DNA of 64,000 nucleotides from Vicinamibacteria bacterium (GCA_963555995.3 OY821641.1:480001-544000), one strand, 5' to 3'. Shown: positions 1 to 10,096, counted from the first letter of the stretch. Notes: a model not told the origin generated them from the sequence alone. Made by a program: numbers and translations.

Positions 1-2121
1 AACCACGACGTCTGGGTGGACCCCTGGATGCCGGAGCGCATCCTGGTCGGCCACGACGGGGGCGGGAGCATCTCCGAGAACCGCGGGGAGAGCTGGCGCC
101 GGGTGGTGCCGCCGGTGGCCCAGATGTACCACGTCACCGTGGACGACCGGATCCCCTACCGGGTCTATGGGAACCGGCAGGACGGCTACTCGTACCGGGG
201 ACCCAGCCGCACCCCGGGCGGCGGGATTCCGCTCGGGCTCTGGGAGGGGGTCGGGGGCTGCGAGAGCGGCTGGGCCACCCCGGAACCCCACGACGACAAC
301 GTGGTCTGGTCGGGGTGCTACGACGGCGGGCTGGAGATCTACGACGACCGCACCGGACACGTCCGCGACGTGCGGGTCTGGCCGGAAGCGGGGTATGGCT
401 GGGCGCCCGCGGACCTGAAGGTGCGCTGGCACTGGAACTTCCCGATGGTCCTGTCGCGCCACGAACCGGGGACCACCTGGGTCGGCAGCCAGTTCGTCCA
501 CCGGAGCCGGAACCGCGGCCAGTCCTGGGAGACCATCAGCCCCGACCTGACGACGGACGACAAGTCGCGCCAGCAGGACTCGGGCGGCATCACCGTGGAC
601 AACCTCTACACCTTCGACGGCTCGGTGCTGTTCGCGCTCGCCGAGTCGCCGCTCCGGGCCGGACAGCTCTGGGCCGGGAGCGTGGACGGGAAGGTCCACG
701 TCACCACCGACGGCGGGGAGACCTGGCTCGACCGGAGCGGGAACGTGCCGGGACTCGACCGGGACGCGTGGATCAAGTTCATCGAGCCCTCGCACCACGA
801 CCCGGAGACCGCCTACCTGGCGGTGAGCTGGCACCAGTCGGGCGACTTCCGGCCGCACATCTACCGCACCCGGGACCTCGGGGAGAGCTGGGAGCGGATC
901 GGTGGCGGGATCCCCGAGTCTCCGTTCTCGTTCGTCCACGTGGTCCGGGAGGATCCCGGCCGCGCCGGCATCCTCTTCGCCGGGACCGATAACCGCGTCT
1001 GGGCGAGCCTCGACGACGGCGGCTCCTGGTTCTCTTTGCAGCTCGACATGCCGCCGGCGCCGATCTACGGGATCGTGATCCAGGAGCGGTTCGAGGACCT
1101 GGTGGTCGCGACCTACGGCCGCGGCTTCTACATTCTGGACGGCATCGGCCCGCTCCGGGATCTTGCCGACGCGTCGGACGATCCGCTGCGGGTCTTCGAT
1201 TCCCCGACCGCCTGGAGGTTCCTGCCGCGGCAGACCATCAAGTCGGAGCCGGGCAGCCTGGTGACCGGGCAGAACGCCCCCTACGGCGCCCCCGTCTCCT
1301 GGTGGTTCGACGGGGATGCCGCCGCCGAGCGCGCCGAAATCGCCATCGTGAACGCGGACGGGGAGACCGTGCGCACCCTTCGCGGACCGGGAACCGCCGG
1401 ACTCTCGCGCGTCCACTGGGACCTTCGCGGCGAGACGCCGGACCGGGCCGTCCTCCGCACCCGGCCCCCCGACCGGGACTGGGTGGAAATGGGCGAGGAC
1501 GGGGAGCGCCGCATCCGCACCTGGGACCTCGACATCTTCCCCGGCTACCGCGGGCTGCTCCAGCCCCCGGGGGACTACACCGCCCGGGTCACGGTGGGGG
1601 AACACACCGCGGAAACCATCCTGCGCGTGGAAGTGGATCCCTCATCCGCCGCCACCGCCGACGACATCCGGGAGAAGTACGCGTTCCTGAACGCCATCCA
1701 CGCGCAGCTCGACGAGCTGGCGGCGATGGTGGACGAGCTCGAATGGGTGCGCCGGGAGATCGAGGGGCTCCGGGAGCGCCACGCCGGGGACGAGCGGTTC
1801 GCGGCGCTGCTCGAGAGCGCCGGCGAGATCGCGGGGACGGCGATCGCCATCGAGGGGCGCTTCTTCGATGTGGGGCTCACCGGAGCCCGCGAGGACGCCT
1901 TCCGGGCGCCGATGCGGCTCTACGGCCGGCTCGGCGCGCTCGCGAACGACGCCGGCTGGGACGGCGCCGACTTCGCGCCCACCGACCAGCAGCGCGAGGT
2001 CCACGGGATTCTCACGGAGCGCTTCGAGGCGGCCCGCGGGGAATACCGCCGGTTGATGGACGAGCAGCTCCCGCCCTTCTGGAGGGCGCTCGCCGACGTG
2101 CGCTCGGGCGGCGGAGAATGA
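1..2121 (+). CDS. BNR/Asp-box repeat (VPS10/sortilin-like) glycosyl hydrolase-like protein, 5'-truncated by the window edge
   Basis: Repeated Asp-box motifs (SENRGESW, SRNRGQSWE, TTDGGETW, TRDLGESWE, SLDDGGSW), ATYGRGFYILD motif and coiled-coil C-terminus; the frame is open from base 1. Confidence 0.85.
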   Translation, partial: NHDVWVDPWMPERILVGHDGGGSISENRGESWRRVVPPVAQMYHVTVDDRIPYRVYGNRQDGYSYRGPSRTPGGGIPLGLWEGVGGCESGWATPEPHDDNVVWSGCYDGGLEIYDDRTGHVRDVRVWPEAGYGWAPADLKVRWHWNFPMVLSRHEPGTTWVGSQFVHRSRNRGQSWETISPDLTTDDKSRQQDSGGITVDNLYTFDGSVLFALAESPLRAGQLWAGSVDGKVHVTTDGGETWLDRSGNVPGLDRDAWIKFIEPSHHDPETAYLAVSWHQSGDFRPHIYRTRDLGESWERIGGGIPESPFSFVHVVREDPGRAGILFAGTDNRVWASLDDGGSWFSLQLDMPPAPIYGIVIQERFEDLVVATYGRGFYILDGIGPLRDLADASDDPLRVFDSPTAWRFLPRQTIKSEPGSLVTGQNAPYGAPVSWWFDGDAAAERAEIAIVNADGETVRTLRGPGTAGLSRVHWDLRGETPDRAVLRTRPPDRDWVEMGEDGERRIRTWDLDIFPGYRGLLQPPGDYTARVTVGEHTAETILRVEVDPSSAATADDIREKYAFLNAIHAQLDELAAMVDELEWVRREIEGLRERHAGDERFAALLESAGEIAGTAIAIEGRFFDVGLTGAREDAFRAPMRLYGRLGALANDAGWDGADFAPTDQQREVHGILTERFEAARGEYRRLMDEQLPPFWRALADVRSGGGE

Positions 2122-2140
2122 CTCGTACCCGGGGTTCCCG

Positions 2141-3877
2141 ATGAGCGAAGAGCACTCCCGTTTCGGGTCCCGGAACCTGCTGGCCGCCGCCGCGCTCGCG
2201 GCCTACGGCTGGTTCGCCGCCGCCTACGGGCCCGACGGTTCGTTCCCCGGATCGGACTTCGGATCGCTCGCCTACGGGCTGTCCCGGCAGGGACTCTGGT
2301 TCGTGCCGGTCGGGATCCTGATCCCGCAGGTGCTTCCCCGGATGCGGGGCGTCCTCACCGGTTTCTTCCTGGTGCTGTTCCCCTCGCTGCTGATCGGCGC
2401 CGTGGTGACCGCGCTCGTGATCGCGGCGCCGGACGCCGCTCCCTGGCGGGTGCTGGAGAGCTTCGTCTTTCCCGAGGTGGCCACCCTGCTCGCGCCGTGG
2501 ACCGGGACGTTCGTCGGGGCGCTGTTCGGCGCCGTCATCGCGCGGGGACCCGGTTCGGCGCTGGTCCTCATTCCGGTGCTGGTCGCCATTGCCGCGGTCC
2601 TCCTCGCGAGCGTCGCCGTGCTGCTCCTGCTGATCACCGACCGGGTTGCGGTGGTGGACCCCATCGGCCCGCCCGGATCGCCGGACGGCCAGTACCGCGA
2701 CGCCTTCGCCGACTTCTATCGGGACGGAGCGCCCGGTTCGCAGGCGGCGCTGAACGCGGCCACCTTCGCCGCCGGTTTCCGGCTGGCGCTCGCCGCCGCG
2801 GGCGCGGACCCGGGAGTGCGGCTCCACGCGGCCCCGGCGGGCGATGCGATGGAGATCGCCGGTTCGCTGCCGGTGGCGCTTCCCGCGTTCGGCGCGCGTT
2901 TCCTGAACCTCGCGGCGACCGCGCGGCCGACCGTCGAGGACGGCGAGTTCCGGGCGGCGTTCCGGTCCGTCCGGATCGGAGGCATCGAGGCGCCGCCGGT
3001 CCTCGTCCGGTCCTCGTCCCGGGTCCTCTCACGCTGGCTGCGCCGGAACGCCGCGGTGGCGGCGCTCCTCGCGCCCTTCGACGAGGTCCGGGTCGCGGAT
3101 TCCACCATCGTGGTGCGCTGGCGGGAGAGGGAGGACACCGGCGCCGGCATCCATTCGCGGGTGGGCGGCTACCTGACGCTGCTCGTCCGGGACGCCGACC
3201 TCCTCCGGCAGCAGCCGGACCGGACCTCGGCGGTGCTGCGGCGCACGTTCGCGCTCGCCGCCGTCCGTTCGGCGGGAGGCGACGCGCTGGCCGAGAACCG
3301 GGCCGCCCTGCTCGCCCTCGGGGGCGCGTTCGGACATCCCTCGCTGCTGGACCTGGCGCGCGTCCCCGGCGGCGGGGAGGAAGCGCGTGGACTCCTGGAG
3401 CGCCTTCCGCTGAGCCTGCACGGGCGCCGCGACTGGGCGCGCCATTTCTTCCTGAGCGCCGGCATCGTCCAGGTGGCGCCCGACCGCGTCTCGGGCGGAG
3501 CCGGGCTCCTGAAAGAGCAACTCGACGCCGCGGAGGGCGGGACCGGATTCTCGTTCGCCGACCTGTTGATGGACGAGGCGGGAGCCCGCTTCGGGCGTAC
3601 GGCGACCCGCGACGTGGCGCGGGCGCGCTGGATGCAGGTGCGGCTCGCGGGCGGCGTCCGGGAAGACGACCTCGCGCCGCGCGATGCGGGCCTCCCCGAA
3701 GGGCTGAGCGCCGCCCGGCTGGAGGCCGAATTCGGCGGAGTGGGCGGCGAGGGTTTCCGGGACGTCGAGGCCGAGATCGTGCGCCGGGTGAACGCCCTGC
3801 CGCTCTACCGGATGCGGCTTCCCCAAGCGCCGGCCGGCATCGCTCCCCCTTCGGGTACATTGCCCGGAACGCCATGA
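2141..3877 (+). CDS. Hypothetical membrane protein (N-terminal TM helices; conserved C-terminal 'HFFLSA...KEQLDA..GGTGFSFADL' domain)
   Basis: 578-aa ORF with a hydrophobic N-terminal third and codon usage typical of the genome; operonic position. Confidence 0.65.
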   Translation: MSEEHSRFGSRNLLAAAALAAYGWFAAAYGPDGSFPGSDFGSLAYGLSRQGLWFVPVGILIPQVLPRMRGVLTGFFLVLFPSLLIGAVVTALVIAAPDAAPWRVLESFVFPEVATLLAPWTGTFVGALFGAVIARGPGSALVLIPVLVAIAAVLLASVAVLLLLITDRVAVVDPIGPPGSPDGQYRDAFADFYRDGAPGSQAALNAATFAAGFRLALAAAGADPGVRLHAAPAGDAMEIAGSLPVALPAFGARFLNLAATARPTVEDGEFRAAFRSVRIGGIEAPPVLVRSSSRVLSRWLRRNAAVAALLAPFDEVRVADSTIVVRWREREDTGAGIHSRVGGYLTLLVRDADLLRQQPDRTSAVLRRTFALAAVRSAGGDALAENRAALLALGGAFGHPSLLDLARVPGGGEEARGLLERLPLSLHGRRDWARHFFLSAGIVQVAPDRVSGGAGLLKEQLDAAEGGTGFSFADLLMDEAGARFGRTATRDVARARWMQVRLAGGVREDDLAPRDAGLPEGLSAARLEAEFGGVGGEGFRDVEAEIVRRVNALPLYRMRLPQAPAGIAPPSGTLPGTP

Positions 3878-3920
3878 GGCCCATTCGTCGAGCGCACCTC
3901 CCCGAGGAGGCGAGCCGCTG

Positions 3921-5024
3921 ATGGCGGACACGGCCTCGCTGCTCGACAGTTGGGAGAGCGAAGTCCAGGCGGCCTGGCTCTACCTGGTGCTGGCCGAGGT
4001 GGAGAGCGGCGAGAACAAGCGCCTCTTCGCAGCGCTCTCGGCGGACGCGCTGGAGCAGAGCAAGGCGTGGGTCAAGGCGATCGAGGAGGCGGGCGGCCCG
4101 GCCCCGGGTCCCTACGAGGCGCCCTTCCGGGTGCGGCTCGTGGGAACGCTGATCCGGCGGATCGGCCCGCGCTCGCTGCTGCCCGCGCTCGCCGCGCTGA
4201 AGGTGCGCGGCCTCTCGGTGTACCGGGCGGCGCCGTCGAGCCTCGAGGTGCTCATCGCGCAGGAGGCCGGTTCGACCGCCCGGGCGGAGTCCCGCGATCA
4301 CCTGCTGGGCGAGGAGCAGCGCCACCTCTACACCCGGGGGGCGGTCGCGCTCCACGCCGCGATCTTCGGGGCGAACGACGGGCTGGTGTCGAACACCGCC
4401 CTCATCCTGGCGGCGAGCGGCGCCGGCGCCTCTCCGGGCACGGCGCTCCTCATCGGCGCCGCCGGAATGGTGGCGGGCGCCGTTTCGATGGCCACCGGGG
4501 AGTACCTCGGGGTACGCTCGCGAATCGAACTCTACGAGCGGCAGATCGCGCTCGAGGAGGAGGAACTGCGGCTCTACCCGGACGACGAGGCCGAGGAGCT
4601 GGCGATGATCTTCGAGGCGCGCGGTCTCGAGCGCGAAGCCGCCCGCGACCTCGGCAAGCGCCTGATCAGCGAGCCCGCCCGGGCGCTCGACGTGCTGACG
4701 CGCGAAGAGCTCGGCCTGAACCCGGACGATCTCGGTTCGCCCTGGGCCTCGGCGCTGGCGTCGCTGCTGAGTTTCGGCGGCGGAGCGCTGGTTCCGTTGC
4801 TTCCGCTGGCGGTGCTGCCGGCGGCCGGCGTGGGCAGCGGCGCCGCGCTGGTCGGGGCGGTGGCCCTGAGCGGCGCGGCGCTCTTCGTGTCGGGGGCGGC
4901 GACGAGCCTCTTCACCGGGCGTTCCGGCATCCGCAGCGGCCTCCGGCTGGCCTCCGTCGGGCTCGCGCTCTCCGGTGTCCTCTACGGTCTTGGACTCGCC
5001 GTCGGGGCAAGCCTCGGCGGCTGA
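3921..5024 (+). CDS. VIT1/CCC1 family metal transporter with N-terminal ferritin/rubrerythrin-like domain
   Basis: AAIFGANDGLVS, AGAVSMATGEY and REELGLNPDDLGSPW VIT motifs; helical N-terminus (ESEVQAAWLY...LFAALS); GAGGAGG RBS upstream. Confidence 0.9.
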   Translation: MADTASLLDSWESEVQAAWLYLVLAEVESGENKRLFAALSADALEQSKAWVKAIEEAGGPAPGPYEAPFRVRLVGTLIRRIGPRSLLPALAALKVRGLSVYRAAPSSLEVLIAQEAGSTARAESRDHLLGEEQRHLYTRGAVALHAAIFGANDGLVSNTALILAASGAGASPGTALLIGAAGMVAGAVSMATGEYLGVRSRIELYERQIALEEEELRLYPDDEAEELAMIFEARGLEREAARDLGKRLISEPARALDVLTREELGLNPDDLGSPWASALASLLSFGGGALVPLLPLAVLPAAGVGSGAALVGAVALSGAALFVSGAATSLFTGRSGIRSGLRLASVGLALSGVLYGLGLAVGASLGG

Positions 5025-5030
5025 GCGGTC

Positions 5031-5903
5031 ATGTTCCGCGGACGGGCGCCGGGTTGGGCGTTCGCGGTCCTGTTGGCGTTCGCCGGGGGGTGCGGATCGG
5101 ACGACGCTCCGGCTCCCACCGCCCCGCCGCCTCCGGACCCGCCCCCGGTCGGCCCGCCGCCGGAAACGCTCGATCTTCCCGACGATCCCGGGCACTTCTT
5201 CCTGGAGATCTGGGACGGCCCGGGCTTCGTTCCCGTCGAATACTCGCTGGGACGGCCGCCCCGCTACGCGCTGACCGTCGGAGGCGAGCTCTACTACGAG
5301 GGGCCGACGATCACCATCTTTCCGGGTCCGCTCCTCCCGAACATCCAGCGCGGGGCGATCGCGGAGGAGAGCGTCGCCTCGATCATCGGGGCGACCGCCG
5401 CGACGCGCGTTTCCCAGGTGGATGGCGAGGAGGACATTCCCCAGCCGGCCAGCGGCCCGATCCTCGCCGATGCGCCGACCCTGGAGGTCTTGTTGCGTGA
5501 TCGGCAGGGTTCCCACCGGCTCCGTGTCGAGGCGTTCGCTTCCGTCGCGCACACCGACCCGCGGGTCGCCCTGATCCGCGACCTGATGGACCTGCTCGAC
5601 CAGGCCGCCGCCGGCCCCGGATTCGAACGCTACGCGGGGGACCGGGTCCAGGTGTACTGGAAGGCGAACGCCTCGCTTCCCGATGCGGCAGTGCTGAACG
5701 AGCACCGCTGGCCCCTGCCCGAACCACCGGACCCCGACGCCGGAGACCGCTTCCACTGCCGGGTGTACGAAGGACGGACGGCGGCCGACCTGCTCCAGAC
5801 CTTCGAGACCGCCGACCACGGCGCCCGCTGGGACCACGGCGGCACCCTGCACCAGATCCTGGCGCGGTCGCTGCTCCCGCACGAAAAGGGCTGCGAGCGG
5901 TGA
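5031..5903 (+). CDS. Hypothetical lipoprotein
   Basis: Signal peptide with lipobox (FAGGC) followed by a Pro-rich linker; operonic with the upstream gene. Confidence 0.7.
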   Translation: MFRGRAPGWAFAVLLAFAGGCGSDDAPAPTAPPPPDPPPVGPPPETLDLPDDPGHFFLEIWDGPGFVPVEYSLGRPPRYALTVGGELYYEGPTITIFPGPLLPNIQRGAIAEESVASIIGATAATRVSQVDGEEDIPQPASGPILADAPTLEVLLRDRQGSHRLRVEAFASVAHTDPRVALIRDLMDLLDQAAAGPGFERYAGDRVQVYWKANASLPDAAVLNEHRWPLPEPPDPDAGDRFHCRVYEGRTAADLLQTFETADHGARWDHGGTLHQILARSLLPHEKGCER

Positions 5904-6005
5904 CCCGTTTCCGCGGACCTGCCGGGACGCGCGCCGCGCGCTCGTTCGGCGACACGCGATTCCGCTGGACCCCCGAGTAGGCTTGGCGCCGGAGTCGCTC
6001 CTCCG

Positions 6006-6158
6006 ATGAAGTCCGAACCCACCTTCTGGCAGCGGTTGCCCGGGTCCGGACATCCGGTAGTGAAGAAGTTGGCCGGCGCGGCCTTTCTCTTCTTCCTCAT
6101 CAAGGGGCTGATCTGGCTCGGGGTGGCGGCCGCCGCTGCCTGGGCCATCCTGCGTTAG
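6006..6158 (+). CDS. Small (50 aa) single-TM membrane protein, not in the ORF track
   Basis: My translation: MKSEPTFWQRLPGSGHPVVKKLAGAAFLFFLIKGLIWLGVAAAAAWAILR*. It fills the gap and ends 10 bp before cutA. Confidence 0.7.
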   Translation: MKSEPTFWQRLPGSGHPVVKKLAGAAFLFFLIKGLIWLGVAAAAAWAILR

Positions 6159-6168
6159 CCGGGGCGAC

Positions 6169-6522
6169 ATGGCCGACTGCTGGATCGCCCTGACTACGCT
6201 GTCGAGCCGGGAGGAGGCCGAGCAACTGGCCGAGGCGCTGGTGGCGGAACGCCTCGCCGCCTGCGTCAACATCCTCGGTCCGGTGGCCTCCATCTACCGG
6301 TGGGAGGGCAGGGTGGAGCGGGACGAGGAATTCCTCCTCTTCATCAAGACCACGAGGGCGGGCATCGCCCCGCTGCAGACGCGGGTGCTCGAACTCCACC
6401 CCTACGACACCCCCGAATTCCTCGCGTTCGAGGTCGGCGCCGGCGCCCCGGACTATCTCGCGTGGGTGGGCGCTGCGGTCGCCTCGGAACGCCGGCCTCC
6501 GGCCGGCGCCGCTCCGCGATAG
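6169..6522 (+). CDS. cutA: Divalent-cation tolerance protein CutA
   Basis: LVAERLAACVNI, SIYRWEG and LHPYDTPE motifs. Confidence 0.95.
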   Translation: MADCWIALTTLSSREEAEQLAEALVAERLAACVNILGPVASIYRWEGRVERDEEFLLFIKTTRAGIAPLQTRVLELHPYDTPEFLAFEVGAGAPDYLAWVGAAVASERRPPAGAAPR

Positions 6523-6595
6523 GGGAGCGAAACCGCGCATTCGGCCAGGGACGTCCGTCATCCGGCCCGGAGCGCGGTGACCGCGCGGCCCGGCG

Positions 6596-7561
6596 CTACT
6601 CCGCGATCCGTACCGCCGCGAGCTGGGCGAGCAGTCTCTCGTTCCCCGGCGCCTCCACGAACGTGTCGAACTCCAGGAAGTAGTTGCCCGGGTCATAGCC
6701 CACGAAGACGGTCACGCGGTCGCTCTCGCTGGTGATTCCGGTGCGGGAGCGGTAGCCCTCGGCCCCTTCGAGGTGCTCGTGCCAGGGCGTCACGTCCTCC
6801 ACGAAGAAGCTCACGGTCACCGCCTTGTCCTCGGTGAAGGAGTGCATGCCGCGGGTCGAGTCCACGAGGCCGATGAATCCGGCGTAGGAGGTGCGGAGCC
6901 CCTTCACCCAACCCTGGTCCAGGCTCTCGGGGAAGCCGAACGTGGTCTGGTACCAGTCGAGCATCTCGGGGATGTTCGGGTAGTAGAGCCAGACGATCAT
7001 GGCCTCGAAACCCATTCCCGGACCCGCGGCCGCTTCATCGCCGCCGAGCGGCTCGGTGGTGTCCAGGATGGGCATCAGGTCCACGTTCTCGGCGTGCGGG
7101 AGGAAGCGCTCGAACTCCAGGATGTAGCCGCCCGGATCGAACACCGTGAAGCCGTGATGCGGGGCCTCGGGGTCGGCGGCGTCGGGATCGAAGCGGCTGC
7201 GGAAGTTCGCGCCCGCTGCGTCGAGCCGCGCCTGCCAGTCCGCGAGCCGCTCGGTGATGAGGGCGAAGGCGACCGTCTTCGGCTCGTCGGCGCTGTGCAT
7301 CCCCTCGGCCTCGTCCACGAGCGTCAGGTACGCGGACTCGGCGACCTGGAAGATCTTTGCGAACCCGAAATCGGAGGCGAGCGGGAGTCCGAGCGTGTCG
7401 CGATAGAACGCCTCGGCCTCGGCCAGGTCCGCGTAGTAGAGGAAGGCGTTCTGGGCGAGGACCGGGGGCAGGGGCTCCGTCGGGTCGACCGGCGGATCGG
7501 CCGTTTCCGGGGGCGTCGAGCAGGCGGCGGCGAAGATCAGGGCGGGGAGGAGGCGATGCAT
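6596..7561 (-). CDS. Two-domain VOC/glyoxalase-family lipoprotein
   Basis: Lipobox (AAAC); duplicated VOC modules (FYRDTLGL...FDPGGYILEF; WYQTTFGF...YDPGNYFLEF). Confidence 0.85.
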   Translation of the reverse strand: MHRLLPALIFAAACSTPPETADPPVDPTEPLPPVLAQNAFLYYADLAEAEAFYRDTLGLPLASDFGFAKIFQVAESAYLTLVDEAEGMHSADEPKTVAFALITERLADWQARLDAAGANFRSRFDPDAADPEAPHHGFTVFDPGGYILEFERFLPHAENVDLMPILDTTEPLGGDEAAAGPGMGFEAMIVWLYYPNIPEMLDWYQTTFGFPESLDQGWVKGLRTSYAGFIGLVDSTRGMHSFTEDKAVTVSFFVEDVTPWHEHLEGAEGYRSRTGITSESDRVTVFVGYDPGNYFLEFDTFVEAPGNERLLAQLAAVRIAE

Positions 7562-7617
7562 GGCCCGGAAGGTAGCAGCCTGTAGGCAGAGTTGCGCGGC
7601 ATCCGCTGTCGCACGGG

Positions 7618-7804
7618 TTGACAGCCGGTGGTGAAACCCACGTGAGCGCCGAGACGGGCGAGGCGCCCGGCTGACAAGGCGCGTGCGGGAGGAATACCGG
7701 GTGTATTCCGACCGAAACGCAACACAGAGCGCCTCGTAGAGACGCGGTTCAGACGGGATGCATCGCCCGTCGAACGCCGCGTGGGTTTTGCCACCGGCTG
7801 TTAA
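7618..7804 (+). repeat. 187-bp structured dispersed element (MITE-like/ncRNA), copy 1
   Basis: Terminal inverted repeats ttgacagccggtgg...ccaccggctgttaa; collinear with copies at 21045, 34169, 50175 and 52612. Confidence 0.9.
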
Positions 7805-9507
7805 TGTGGCGCCGTGCGCGGCGCGGAGCGCCGCGCGTGCCGGTCCGGAGACCGGCGTTCCCAGAGGACCCGGCCGCCGACGATCGTCAGGCCCACCTCG
7901 ATCCCGAGGATCGCGTCCGGTTCGGCGGCGCGCGGATCTTCGGAGAGCACCACCACGTCGGCGAGCATGCCCGGCGCCAGGGTCCCCTTGATGTCCTCCT
8001 CCCGGGTCACGAAGGCCCCGTTCCGGGTGTAGCCGATCAGCGCCTCTTCCATCGAGATGGCCTCGTCCGGTCCATAGACCTCACCGGACATCCCCTTGCG
8101 GGTGGTGGCGGCGTAGAGCCCCACCATCGGACCGATCGGTAGGATGTCGCTGGAGAGGACCAGGAACACCCCCCGGTCCATCGCCGAGCGGACCGGGTTG
8201 TTCCGCTCGACGCGGTAGCCGTCCAGGTACTCGCGGTAACGGCCCTCCAGCGTGTAGGTGAAGTTGGGCTGCTGGATGACCAGGATCCCGAGGTCCGCCA
8301 TCCGGTCCATGGTCTCGTCGGACGGCGGCACCGTGAAGTGGTTCAGGGCGTGACGGTGGTCCGGCCGGGGCTCCTCCGCGAGTACGTCGGCGAAGGCGTC
8401 CACCGCCAGCTCGATCGCCGCGTCCCCGATGGCGTGGAACGCGAACTGCCACCCCATCGCGTGCGCTTCGCGGACGATCTCGCGGAACTCCTCCTCCGGG
8501 CGCACCAGGCTGCCGCGGTAGGTCTCCTCGCCCCGGTACGGCTCCTTGGTGTAGGCCGCCGGTCCGGTGAAGCCCCCGTCCACGAAGACCTTGAGCGGAC
8601 CCACCCGCAGCCGCTCGTCGCCCTCGCCGCTCAGCCGGCCGAACGCCTCCATCGCCTCGGTCCCCGCCCACCGGATCTGGACGGCGGCGCGGGGCAGTTC
8701 CTCCCCGAACTCGGCATAGACCGACTCCCACGCCCCGAAGCCCGACGGCGCCACCCCCGCGTGCACGATGCTCGTGATTCCGAGGCGCAGCAGGTCGCGG
8801 AGCGCGGCGACGAAGCTCTCCCGGAGTTCCTCGGGCGTCGCGTCGGGGACGAGGCGGGAGACGAGGTCCTGCCGTTCCCGGATGACGCCGTTCAGCTCGC
8901 CGTCCGGTCCGCGCTCGATGACCCCGCCGTCCGGCTGCGGCGTGCTCCGGTCCACGCCGGCGAGGGACAGCGCGAGGCTCGACGCCACCGCGCTGTGGCC
9001 GCCCGCCCGGGTCAGGATGACCGGGTTCTCCGGAGCGGCGGCGTCGAGGTCGGCCCGGAGCGGCCGGCGCTGCTCGCGCACCTCGTCCTCCGACCAGCCG
9101 TAGCCGGTGATCCATTCGCCCGGCCCGAGTTCGTCGGCCTTGGCCGCCACCAGGTCCTGGAGTTCCTCGATCGAGGAGAGGCCGCCGAGCGGGATGTGCC
9201 GCCGCGCGCGGCCGCGGATGTGGATGTGCGCGTCGTTGAAGCCGGGCATGGCGGTCCGTCCGGCGAGGTCCACCTCGCGTTCGGCCGCGTACCGGTCGCG
9301 GAGCTCGTCGCCGCCCACCGCCAGCACCCTGCCGTCCCGGACGGCGAGCGCGGTCCCGGTCGTTCCCGCCTCGTCGAGCACCAGGACGGTCCCGGAGTGG
9401 AGCAGCAGGTCCACGGGCTCCGGGGCGGTGCAGGCCGCCGGTACGGCGGCGGTCACGCACAGCAGACCGATCAGCCGTAACGGCGTCCGTCCGGCTGCTG
9501 ATTTCAC
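7801..9507 (-). CDS. Amidohydrolase 3 family (YtcJ-like) metal-dependent hydrolase, lipoprotein
   Basis: PGFNDAHIH, KVFVDG, FHAIGDAA and KGTLAPGMLAD motifs; GTG start at 9507 overlaps the upstream stop (GTGA); the stop codon lies in the TTAA end of the 187-bp element. Confidence 0.9.
   Translation of the reverse strand: MKSAAGRTPLRLIGLLCVTAAVPAACTAPEPVDLLLHSGTVLVLDEAGTTGTALAVRDGRVLAVGGDELRDRYAAEREVDLAGRTAMPGFNDAHIHIRGRARRHIPLGGLSSIEELQDLVAAKADELGPGEWITGYGWSEDEVREQRRPLRADLDAAAPENPVILTRAGGHSAVASSLALSLAGVDRSTPQPDGGVIERGPDGELNGVIRERQDLVSRLVPDATPEELRESFVAALRDLLRLGITSIVHAGVAPSGFGAWESVYAEFGEELPRAAVQIRWAGTEAMEAFGRLSGEGDERLRVGPLKVFVDGGFTGPAAYTKEPYRGEETYRGSLVRPEEEFREIVREAHAMGWQFAFHAIGDAAIELAVDAFADVLAEEPRPDHRHALNHFTVPPSDETMDRMADLGILVIQQPNFTYTLEGRYREYLDGYRVERNNPVRSAMDRGVFLVLSSDILPIGPMVGLYAATTRKGMSGEVYGPDEAISMEEALIGYTRNGAFVTREEDIKGTLAPGMLADVVVLSEDPRAAEPDAILGIEVGLTIVGGRVLWERRSPDRHARRSAPRTAPH
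7810..7864. repeat. REP-like palindrome (variant B) within the 3' end of the amidohydrolase gene
   Basis: gccgtgcgcggcgcggagcgccgcgcgtgccggtccggagaccggcgttccc matches 46117-46169 and the reverse complement of 33298-33349. Confidence 0.75.
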
Positions 9508-10085
9508 CGCTGGATTTCCACCTCGGCGGCTTCCCCGAGCCCGAGGTAGATCCGGACGCGGACCAGCGCACTCCCCCGGACCCGGAAGAACGCCGCCCCC
9601 GGGATGTACCACCGGGTCTCGTCGTCGCGGCGGGTGGCGGCGATCGTGAACTGGGCCGCGATCAGCGGCCCTCCCCACGGCCCTTCCGCCTCGGCCCAGA
9701 CGGTTTCGGAAACCTCGGCGGCGGTCGCCACCTCGGGACGGATGGAGTGGTCCTTCCACGCTTCCAGGAGGCGATCCACCAGCAGCCCGACCTTCTCGCG
9801 CCCCCAGTAGGTCGCGGACCCCCGCTGGTAGTCGCCCGCCGGACCCTGGATGTGGAGCGCGTCCTCGGCGTAGAGGGCGAGAAAGGCCGCCCGGCTCTCC
9901 TCGCTACCGTCCAGCGCGTCCACCAGCCGGAACCAGCGTTCCGCGAGCTCCCGCCCGCCGGGTTCGGCTTCCCCGTCCTGCGCGATGCCGGCTGCCGCGG
10001 GCAGCGCCCACCCCAGGGTCAGCAGCAGGATTCCGGCCGCCAATCTCGGGTAAACGCGGGGCCGGCGACTCACGAATCGGAGCAT
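9504..10085 (-). CDS. SnoaL/NTF2-like secreted protein
   Basis: Signal peptide; 'FLALYAEDA...YWGREKV' NTF2-fold pattern; C-terminal beta strands. Confidence 0.7.
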   Translation of the reverse strand: MLRFVSRRPRVYPRLAAGILLLTLGWALPAAAGIAQDGEAEPGGRELAERWFRLVDALDGSEESRAAFLALYAEDALHIQGPAGDYQRGSATYWGREKVGLLVDRLLEAWKDHSIRPEVATAAEVSETVWAEAEGPWGGPLIAAQFTIAATRRDDETRWYIPGAAFFRVRGSALVRVRIYLGLGEAAEVEIQR

Positions 10086-10096
10086 ACCGCCGCGTA

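Noticed and set aside
7573-7600. Additional copy of the 187-bp element (tagcagcctgtaggcag...)
   Set aside because: Only ~12 bp match the terminus, which is too short to call; it may be a decayed end.
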